NCBI GenBank assembly: GCA_000165425.1
Contig: CT868452.1
Location: forward strand, 124,001-188,000
Reading direction: 5' to 3'
DNA: 64,000 nucleotides
DNA from: Paramecium tetraurelia
Taxonomy: Eukaryota
The number at the start of each line of letters is the position of its first letter. The first letter of the stretch is position 1. Made by a program: the position numbers and the translations under genes. The notes beneath the pieces were generated by a model. It did no database searches. It was given only the letters and a program-made list of their open reading frames with translations, and was not told where the DNA came from. Positions 54,065 through 64,000 of the stretch are shown in pieces.

Positions 54065-54751
54065 TAATAAATAAATTTATAATATTATTCATATCCAAAA
54101 ATTTCAAAAGAAACCCATTAAAAATCCTGCCAATTCCAACCTCTCGCAATCAATATCTTATTCTCATTTCATTTTTTTTGAGCATTTCAATTCTACCTTC
54201 TCAATCTACTTAAAATAATTTTTAACTATTAGATAAATGTTTATTAAATATTTCCAATTCAACTAAGTGATCCTATAAAGCATTCAAATTTACAAACTAA
54301 GATTACCAATTTGGCTATTAAAAAATAAATTTCCACATATAAAGTTAATACAATAATATGAAAATATTAACTAATTTGTACACAAACTTTTCTTATTTAA
54401 TTTTAAATAATTACAAATTAAATCATTTGTTTTTGACAACAAATTAATTACAAACACATCTCCTTCCATTTCTTAATGCAATTTTTCCTAATTCTAAATA
54501 TTTCATTAGGATTTGGATTAATACATAGAAAGCATTTCTTTGAAATATAATTCAAAATTTAAAATGAACATTCTGTTTTGTTCAATAATATAATATTCTG
54601 TATTTTCATTATTCGTACATCTATAAAACTTTTATTTTATAAAGAGTTAAATAAAAGCTTATAGAAGATTCATTCTATAAATCTAATATAATTTAGAAAA
54701 AAATGATAATTTGCATTTTCTAATTATTAATTAATTAATAATTAAATTAAT

Positions 54752-56715
54752 TCAAATTAAATCTTATGATCCTAGAATTTTCAACAATCTATAGTGACTA
54801 ATTAAAGCATCTAAAAATGATGGGAATTCAAAGTATCTAATTTATTTATCAATTTCATACTTGATATTGGCTTGCTTAGCTTTCACTTAAATAGTATTCT
54901 TTATTTCTTTGAGTCTGGTGTGTGCAAACTATGGGAATAAGTGATGTTCAATCTATACAATTACTCTTTATATTTACTTAATAGTTCAATCCACCAGATA
55001 GGTGAGTCCAAATAAAAGAATCAACAGCAAAATTAGAAGAATTTTAGATTTGCAATTTACCCCAATTTGTTTAATTGATATTTTGATTATCCACCACTCC
55101 AGCCTCTAGAGTCCAATGATTGACAGAAAAGTATAAAGCATAATTATAACTGTGAACTGCATTATACACAAACCACATTCCAAATGCCACCTTGTATGAA
55201 AATTTTATTGAAGGGTAAATCAATGTTAATGAAATCCATAAGAGTTTAACAATTATTTACAAAAAGACTTACAATTTAGAGACATAACCTCTTCTACAAG
55301 GAAAATTGCTGAACCATTGCATTTCATCAAAAGTTCCAAAGACATCTGTGAAATTAACAAATGTATAAATAATCCAAATGTACAAATGTTAATATTTATG
55401 ATACCAAAATCGTTGCTAAAGTGGATGCAATCTTATATATGGAAATGTAGTATCAAATGCTCTATCTAGTTCTAAGTGGTTGACACAACTGTGATGTCCA
55501 AAATTATGGGATCTTCTGTACACTACACTAGTTGAAAAAGTGAGATCCAAAACATAACCAGCTAAAAATGATATTGTTTTATTGGATGAAAAGGCATAAT
55601 GATTACCATCATGCATAATATTCACATCAGCCTAATTATTGATTTACTAAATTACTTGTGCAGCTAAGAATCCTAATAAGATTGCAGATAATAAGGTGCA
55701 ATAGTTGATATAATAATACAAACATGCTAGATATCCAGTTAAACAGAGGAATCCCTTTACAAATAAAATCCAATGATTTTGCCATTTATTTCTTGGAATC
55801 TTTTGCTCCACTTCTTCCTTTATATTTTAATAGAAATCATCATCATAAGAATAATATTATTAATGATCTCTGACCTTCCCTATCAGATATTTCTAAGGAG
55901 GCTCTTGCTTTGTCAAATTACTGGGATGATAAGAATACCAAAGGGCAGTGCAATCTCCACCTGCTCCGTCAAGGATCATATTACCACTAAATTAATTTAA
56001 ACTTTAGTTACCCTGGGTGATATTATAGGAATTATGTAACATCATATATTTTATCTTTAATTACAATCCAACAATCATTAGGAGAATCATGTTTCACTAT
56101 TTCACACCAACTAAATTCCTAAGTCTTTTATTTAATTTATCTTTGCTTCTCTTATTACCTCTAGTTTATTTATAAGAATCTTAAGGATTTTTATTCTCTT
56201 ATACTAAGAATTTCACATACAATCACAAAACAGAAACTAATGGAAAATATACGTAATTTCATAGTGTCAGTCGGTAATGCAAATTTATCATATGCAATGA
56301 TTGACACTGGTAATAAAAACATCATTTATGATAAAATGACAATATTGACAAATTTCCAGAGCACGTTTTATCTCCAAATAAAAATTTTGGGCAATAAATC
56401 TATAGCATATAACATAATCACTGAAATCTCCAATGTTTTCATTAATATCTGTCGTAAATATAGGTTTTCCTCTGATAGCATATCAATAGTAGGAAAGGGC
56501 CATAAGGAGGTACCTATTGCAAATTTTATTTTTAATATTGGCCATGCTGGTATTTTTATTTCAATCCATGGTACGAGCAACAAAATCATATGAAATAATA
56601 ACAGCATTATGAAAAACCCTCTGAAAACTCGATGACTGTGAACCATCAGAAACAGTTAAAAAGAGTTGCTGTACCTTTTGGTGAGGTTAAGAGTCGATAT
56701 TTTCAAATCTCCCAT
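54752..56715 (-). CDS. Front-end (delta5/delta6-type) fatty acid desaturase with cytochrome b5 domain and an N-terminal membrane extension
   Basis: HDSPNDCWIVIKDKIYDV..HPGG b5 domain; His boxes HDGNH, HNFGHH and QIEHHLFP; frame open upstream to ATG 56715. Confidence 0.9.
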
Positions 56716-56820
56716 TTTAATAAGTATATAATTTATAATCAAAGCACATTTTTTGGCATTGAATCCTTTAATCTCAACTCAAAGGATCATTTTTAGATAG
56801 AATGTATTAGCTACTTCAAA

Positions 56821-57237
56821 TCAGAAATGATTTATAGAATTCATTTGATAAAATTGCAGAGTATTAATATTTTCTGATGGGTTGTTATAGACATTAATAT
56901 GAATCCATAATTCATTCTGGTTTATTTTCAAATTATGACTTTATATGATCGTGTAATGCTTTTTCTGCAATTTTGCTCTATTCATCTTACCAATGACCGA
57001 CTACTGCAATTATAGGCAAAAAGGCTACTAACCCAACATTGTATAAAATATGCTTTGTAAATTTCTTTTTTGAGAATGCTTAATAAAATGAAGGTGTATA
57101 CCTTTTACACATAATCCAGTTGTAAAAGTTAAAGCTAGAGCATTGGATAGCATTCTTAGTTATCCATATTAACGCAAATCTGGAAGGGTATCTTTAAAGC
57201 CTTCGTGATCATCCAAGTATTTATGTCTTGCCTTCAT
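56821..57237 (-). CDS. Small 2-TM hypothetical protein
   Basis: MKARHKYLDDHEGFKDTLP...NVGLVAFLPIIAVVGHW...NSINHF*; one 23-nt intron. Confidence 0.55.
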
Positions 57238-57609
57238 AAATATAATTTAATTATTTTATCATAAATAGATTAAGTAAATTTAACACTAGTATTGTAATTG
57301 TATAAATATTGCAGTCCTATTTTTAGATTCTTGAACTAATATAAAAATTAATTTAATGAATCAATTTTAAGTAAAATAGCTGGTGATTCTAATTTTAACT
57401 TAAATTATAATTATTAATATCCTAATATATTTTCTGATAAAACGCATTGTAAAACAAGAAAAGAAGTGTCATAATTATATTTTTTAATGGGTGAACTCAA
57501 AACTTTCAGGCCATTTGACTTATGGCTTTTATTAATAGACTGTTGAATAACAGAATTGATATCAAGGATCGTATATATACATTTTAACTCGATAATGTAA
57601 AATTAATAA

Positions 57610-58396
57610 TCAATATCGCATGACCTAATTTAATTAGGATCCTTGTTACTAATACAAATATATTGGTACGAACATAGCACAAGGATAAGCCATTGGATAT
57701 TAGATAAACTAATTTTGATAAAATGGCATAAACAATTGCATGTTTTATTCTAAAGGAACTTGTTAATAATTGGTTTAAAACGAAGATTCTTATTTAATTG
57801 GATTAGTCATTTGTTTTTCTTACTTTTCCTCAGAAGTATTGGATTCATTTAACTTTTATTTTTTTTCAGGTACAATGTAATATGGGTTTTTAATGTTTAG
57901 ATATTTGTTTCTTAGGTAGGAATAGAATCTATTTTTTATGCTATTTTCTGATCTGTTGTTTAAGTTCTTGCTAATCTGACTCCATTTACCACCAAGCTTT
58001 TTATAAGATTCTACTACTATTTCATCTTCTTCCTTAGTCCAAGGTTCATTATTAATATCTGGATGTAGTTAGTTAAGATAATGTTCTCTTATCTACTTCC
58101 CAGTTCTTTATGGAAGAAAAGAACTAATTTTACTCCAATGATAACCAAATTTTAGAAACTAAGTCTTTAAGTTTTTGATTTTCTTCTTCAGTCCATTACT
58201 TCCTTAACTTGAATCCTTTAATTCGTTTCCATCTCTATGCACATTATGATGGATTTCTTCCATCAATTCTTCTTGCCACCTCAATCCAATCTAAATTGTT
58301 GTTTTTTCTCAGTTCGGTCAATAATTCATCTTCCTTGGTGGTCCATGGTTTTCTTTATGGTATTGGTGTGTATGAATTTGATGATGAAATTGACAT
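57610..58396 (-). CDS. R1R2R3 Myb-domain transcription factor
   Basis: Three Myb repeats: PWTTKEDELL..WIEVA..GRNPSQCAQRW, QWTEEEN..WSKIS..RTGKQIREHY and PWTKEED..KWSQIS..RSENSIKNRF. Confidence 0.92.
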
Positions 58397-59263
58397 TTAT
58401 TTAATTTTTGAAAATTAGAAGGAAAGGTTTATTAAAATGAATTCAGTTTTTTCTTTTATTCAGTTATTTCAAACTATCATCTTTTTAATTGATAAAAAGT
58501 TTATAAAATTTTTAGCTATTACAGCATCTTTTGATCCAAATTATTCAAATTACCACAAACCAAACTTCCAGATCTCCATTTTAACGGATTTCCCATACAA
58601 GTTAGTTCCGAAATATTAAAGTGAATTTTAAAATTTGGATCACAAAACTCTGAATTCCTATATATAATTTCACATATTTAAGTCTGTTTTCAAACTCTAA
58701 GTTATGATTTCAGTCTTTTATGTATATTTATATATTTAATTTTAAGCAGGTATTTTGATGTAAATGTCATAAAAAGAAGAGTTAATAAAATAAAAATGCA
58801 TGTATTAACTCTAACTAATAGAATGAAGTAATTTAAATTTGAAAGATCATAATGAATGAAAATACAAAAAAAATGTAATAGGGTGGTCTTTAAATTCATT
58901 TAAGAGATTTAAACTTTTTAGAAATCTAAATAAACATGCTATAAATTGCTAGCTCATCTATATCAATTAAGATTGGAGTGAATCAGTTACAACTTTGATT
59001 GACTATTTGAACTTTTCCAAATTTATGTTTATTACTAGTAACTAATAATTTCTTCTATACTGTCTTCCAAATTAATAACATTCATTTATAATATCATATG
59101 GAATAAGGAATTTTCATGTAGTATTAAAATATTAAGTATTAATTATTTTTGATACTTAATTTTACTAGTATTTGAAATAATATTTAGAAAATATTTACAT
59201 TACTAAATCAGATAATAATAGAAGTTCATTAATATAATATCAATCAAAAATCTATTTTTTAAT

Positions 59264-60673
59264 TCAATTCTAGATAAAATTAGGAGATTCAAGTAAATGA
59301 CACTTATCATCGATTTGAACTAAATCAGGTTCATCCTTTGCATGAATACTATTAGCTTTATTGGCAGCTGCTGCTGCTAAGAACATCTCTTTGTTTTCAA
59401 AGGAAATGTAAACATTGCTACTAAGTTTTCTCTTAGTACTTAATAATTCTTGTTCATCTGTCTCAATTTTGAAATTAGTTTTGAGTAGTTTTTTAATTTT
59501 ATTTAATTTTTACAATCTATCATCTAATTCAAATATTTATTGGCTACTTGAACAATTATTAATAGTTTAAGTGTGTCCTTTTAACTTTTCCTTGTATTTC
59601 TAAAATAAGAAAAATATATTACATTCATTATTTATTTAAATGGCTTAATTGACATATTATTGAGTATATTAGATTCGTTTGATTAAATGTCAGATAAAAT
59701 GGATTTCAATTCATTTTGCACTTCATACACCTATTGTAAATGATTTTATGATTGTAATTATTGCAACAATTTCATGGATTGAATATTTATCATATATAGT
59801 AATTATTGTAACTCTGTGTTTAAGGTATTGAATTGAGTCTAATATGTGTTTCCTTTAGCATTGTCAATAATGGATTAACATTCTTATTATAAAGAAGATA
59901 ATGATTTCTAGAAGTCTTTCAACTCCTTAGCTTTGTCTTCAGTATCGTCGGTAATGCTAGTGAACGTATCAGTGGACTCCAATAAAAAGGGAGAATTAGA
60001 TAAAAGAGAGTTTTCATCCACTGACCAAAAATTGGCTCTACTAACAGACTGATTTTCTCTTTTTTTATTTGAAACTTGCTTAACTTGATAGTTTTCAACA
60101 GGGAAAAGAATATTTCCTTTGATTAGTTTTCCTACAGAGCATTCAGAACAATAGAATATAGCTCCTATGCTGCGATTGTATTCAAAAAATTTAGCCTATT
60201 TTAACAGATTTTGATACCTTTTTGTTTGCATGATAGGCACATCTAAATTAGTTTCCTTTTGTGAATGATTTTTATTTTTATTCTATGGGTGACAAACTTA
60301 AGACTTTCTATCCAACATTTTATGAAACACTCACTTTATTTCTGCTATTAGTTTTTCTAGTTTAAAGTACTTGCTTTAAAAATATATCATCCATCATTTT
60401 CTTAGGAGAAACCATTGATGTAGGCAGTGATGTTTTTTCTTTATTAATATAGATTGAAATACTTTTGAGGATATTTGAATTCTGATAGTATTAGAGAAGG
60501 GAATTAACCTCATTAAACAAATTTATATTTTCCTTGTTTTTGTTTCTTTTTTTGGTTGATTAATTAGTGGATTAATTCATTAATGGACTGCTTTCTTCTT
60601 TATATGAATGAAATATACCTTATTATTAGGACGAGAAATGCCTACTTTCTGACATTTTTTTCATAGCGTTCAT
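59264..60673 (-). CDS. Hypothetical protein with B-box-like Cys/His cluster and coiled coil
   Basis: Cys/His cluster ending KAKFF..IFYCSECS, followed by a helical region; ends LLESPNFIQN*. Confidence 0.6.
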
Positions 60674-60731
60674 TAAAAATATTCGTTAAATAACAAATAA
60701 TAAAAATTTGATATCAAAAAATTGAAAAAAA

Positions 60732-63401
60732 TCAAGAACATTATTATCTTTTTTATTTCATAGTTTCCCTAAGTTTCTAATCCATTTCTTTAACTTTTTA
60801 CTTCCTCGACTTAATATTCTCATTTTTTTCTTATTCATCCTTTTTTTTCTTTACCTCAGGCAGCAATTCATAGTTTTTGTTTGTCAACTCTTTCATCTCT
60901 TTCTTATCCACTTTCACCTTCTCCCCCATAGCTAACCTTTTCATTAGTTATGCCCTTTTGTCTTCTGATTATTCGATTGGTCTTAGTTCCTGCTCTGAAG
61001 GTTCCTACTATATTTCCTCTTGTATTTATTTTTCTTTTTCGACTTGTCTCTTGCTTTTAAGCATTTCCTTTCTAATCTATATTAATTCTTCCTTAGTCTT
61101 TCCTCCTTTCTCCATGGTTTTTGAATCTTATCTTTATTCGAACTTCTTAGCTAACATGGCTTTTCTCTTTTGAAATATTTCTCCTAATGTTTCTTCATAC
61201 TCTTGTTAGACCAAATCCTATAGTTGCTCTGAAGATTATTAGAGTGAATATTTCATTTATTCAGAATCAATAGATTCTTTTTTTAGAGAAGATTCATGTT
61301 ATTATGCAAGGGGAGGGGAAGTTTATTAAAATTCATATTTTTTAATTGGAGAGGTGACATTCTTAACTTCACTCAAGGAGTAATTTAAATCAGAATTAGG
61401 GGAATTCATTTATTATAAAGTTACAAATTAAGATTATTTTTATTAACTTGATATTGTCTGCTTTTGTGATGATTGAGGATCTGCAAATAGAGATAGTTAT
61501 TTATTCTAGTTATTGGCAGTTTTTTTAGGCTTCAGAAACTATTCCATAATATCTTGAGGATCGAAATTATCAATTGTTTCCAAATATGAACTTTTCTATA
61601 GATTTTATGTTTCTGGACTAGTTTAATTTTAATTTTAGGATTAAGATTATTATTAAAAAGAGTCCTATTATCTATCAGTTTCCTCTTGATTCATTTGAGA
61701 TGGGGATTACTAATAGGAAGACTCATCTTCTGATTCTTCTGGGATTGGTTATTTTGAAAATTGTTATTTTCTTGTATTTTTAAATGATTAAACTAAATTT
61801 GATTCTTCTTCTTTAATTTTCATTTTTGTATTGATCCTCTATTATTCCAATTTTTATAAATATTACTCTTAATCTTTAATGTATTATCTGATGTCTTATA
61901 TTTAATTGGATTTTGGTTGAGGGGGAGAGTCAATATCACTTTATTATTCTTCATTTTAATCTTCTTAGTCTGATTCATTTATTTGTTCTTCTTAATTATT
62001 TTCTTCATCATCACTATTTTCATTTGAATGTACAGGGTCATTATTAAAATGTTATTGATATGGTGATTTTGAATTAGTAATTTTCAACGTTTACTCAATT
62101 TCTTTGTTCTGAAAACTGTGAGGAGATTCATTCTTCATATCACTAAATTAAACTCTCTTTTTTTAAGAAGTGCTTTGATCCTCGGACCCTATAGCATATT
62201 TTGTATAGTCCTCCTTAACCAATGACTCTTTTTACGGATCATTTAAAAGGTTTGTATCTAAAGGAGCTTTAGTAAAGATCTTTACAGATTTAGGTCTCTG
62301 TTTTTCTTTATTTTTTGTTGTTAAGGACTTTTTGGGTGAATTTGACTTAACTCTGTGATCTCTGACCTCAATTGAAGAATTGTTACAATTAAACATCTTG
62401 TCGAATTCTGTAGATAATATTTTTTAATGGTTTTTCTCAGATTTAGGTTTTCTGGTTGGAGGTTTAGTTTTTTATAATTAAATGATTTCTTGTTTTTTAA
62501 TAAATTTAGTTTCTTATTCTAATTATTCCATTACTTTAATTTATCTCTCTTTAGATAATGCTTTCTGACTTCTTTATTTCTATGCTCTTTCTTATTCTCT
62601 CTTCTATCTGGCCTACTCTAAAAGCAGTGCTTGTGTTTCTATCATTGTTTGGTTTGCTTTTTCCATGGCATTTTCTTTTTCCAAATCTATATCATGTTTA
62701 ACTACTTAAGGATTATGAAAGCATGTATTAGCGAAATCTTCAGGCTTTAATATTTATCTACGAGATATGTTTTTATCAAATTTTTCATAACTCTCTAGAT
62801 CTTAAGTAAATGTAGATGATGTCTTATTTTTTGAGGATTCTTTGTAAATAGCAACAGATTAAGCTTCTTTTTGTTTTTCAATAATCGATGCTTCTTTTCT
62901 TTAATTTTAAATTTAAAGTGCCTTTCCTTATGATGTTTCCAAAAAGGATTGTTTTTTCCATTCCTAGGCTTCTTGAAATCTTTTTTAAGCCTGCTCTTCA
63001 TAGTAAGCCTACATTTTCAACTTTTCCTACTACAATTCATATTCTCTCTATCTGTATTCCTCAGCCTCCCTTGCTTACCGTTATTAATCGAGTATCGTTT
63101 ATTAACGTGCTTACTCCAATTATTCAATCTAAGCCTTCTTTTATAAGTATTCCTAATATTTTTATTTCTTCATCTCTTCCTCTTATTATTTTTGCTGTTG
63201 CTACTACTGAAGTTGTATTTTCTTTTTGGTTAAGTCTGATTCTTATTTACGAATCTATTGTTATATTTAATACTTTACCTATTACATTCTCTGAGCCCTT
63301 AATTGAGTGTTTTGTTGTTGAGCAAATAATTCAGCCTCGAAAGTACCTATGAATCCTGTTTTCGTTTACACTTTAGTTAGCCTTGGTGAGAAAGAACTCA
63401 T
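60732..63401 (-). CDS. Centriolar ALMS-motif protein (CEP295/ALMS1-like)
   Basis: N-terminal coiled coil LRAQRMQQIRKQESDL, long low-complexity middle read in frame through 61409, and C-terminal EMKELTNKNYELLPEVKKKKDEQEK (ALMS-motif-like). Confidence 0.6.
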
Positions 63402-64000
63402 AAATTTTAAATAATATTTATAGAAAATAATTTAAATGACAGTTAATTAATTTCTAAAATAAATTATATATCCACATTATTATAATATTTAATCTTATTC
63501 AAAGTGAAAAAATCACATTAATGTAATTAATAGATACTTAAAGCCTTCTTTCAAGAATCTTGATTTATCAAAATGTAAAATATAAATACTGAATTAAATG
63601 AATTATATGGGAAGTATTTTTTATTAAGAAACTACTAAAAATTAGATAAAATTGAGATATATACAAATTTTCTTTAAAATAGCCCATGTATATTTTTATA
63701 ACTTAGAATTTATGAAAATGATAATAATATATTTATAATTGAATTATTCCTAGCATTCTTTTTTCAAATTCTTTATTTTAAATCAATTCCTATTTTTAAA
63801 TAGTTATTTTATAAGAAAATCATTAGAATCCAAAAGATAGTTTAATATTATATAATGTCCATTATTAATCAATAAAAAAGAGTAATCGGAGCACCTGTCT
63901 CTTGTAAAGATTAATGACCAAAGCGTGGTTTCAATTTTTGGATTAATAATTTCATCTGTTGTATTAGGTCGAAAATTAGAGAAATTGCTAAAATCATAGT

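Noticed and set aside
60732..61409. Separate short ALMS-motif gene starting at ATG 61409
   Set aside because: The upstream ORF reads in frame into this ATG with no TGA, so a single gene is more parsimonious.
1..64000. Standard-code ORF track as a gene set, and the many in-frame TAA/TAG as pseudogene stops
   Set aside because: TAA/TAG fall at conserved Gln positions (e.g. DTAGQE in Rab11), so the ciliate code applies. Many listed ORFs are antisense shadows or exon fragments.
63780..64000. 3' end of a minus-strand gene at the window edge
   Set aside because: Two frames are similarly open and no motif is recognisable, so it cannot be called.
1..64000. tRNA, rRNA, transposons, retained IESs, CRISPR arrays or prokaryotic defence systems
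   Set aside because: I saw no cloverleaf, rRNA-like tract, transposase or reverse transcriptase motif, TA-bounded insert explaining a gene disruption, or repeat-spacer array. Small ncRNAs could be missed by eye and would need an Infernal/Rfam scan.

Overview
This is AT-rich, gene-dense eukaryotic DNA from a ciliate, almost certainly a Paramecium macronuclear chromosome. TAA and TAG read as Gln, TGA is the only stop codon, and genes are broken by tiny 21-34 nt GT..AG introns. The supplied standard-code ORF track therefore fragments most real genes and many of its ORFs are antisense shadows. Re-reading by hand with the ciliate code gives about 40 protein-coding genes, often separated by less than 100 bp. 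Recognisable genes include SFT2, DRG2, MOK/LF4 kinase, two TBC Rab-GAPs, two Zn-finger/RING proteins, APE1, an EF-hand protein, an epiplasmin, an HDAC-inositol polyphosphate kinase fusion, WDR46/Utp7, CCDC40, a DHHC palmitoyltransferase, SF-assemblin, NDUFB7-like, a BRCA1-like RING-BRCT protein, a non-catalytic NAD-IDH subunit, a FAAH-type amidase, a CTL transporter, Rab11, a front-end desaturase, a 3R-Myb and an ALMS-motif protein. The most notable observations are an intact membrane H+-pyrophosphatase homologue that has lost nearly all catalytic motifs, a hybrid histidine-kinase-like protein lacking its phosphorelay residues, the HDAC-IPK fusion, a mirror-symmetric TBC-RING/RING-TBC cassette, a minimal BRCA1-like gene and a frameshift in CCDC40. 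I could not support any RNA gene, transposon, telomere or CRISPR array. All family calls come from motif recognition by eye, not database searches.
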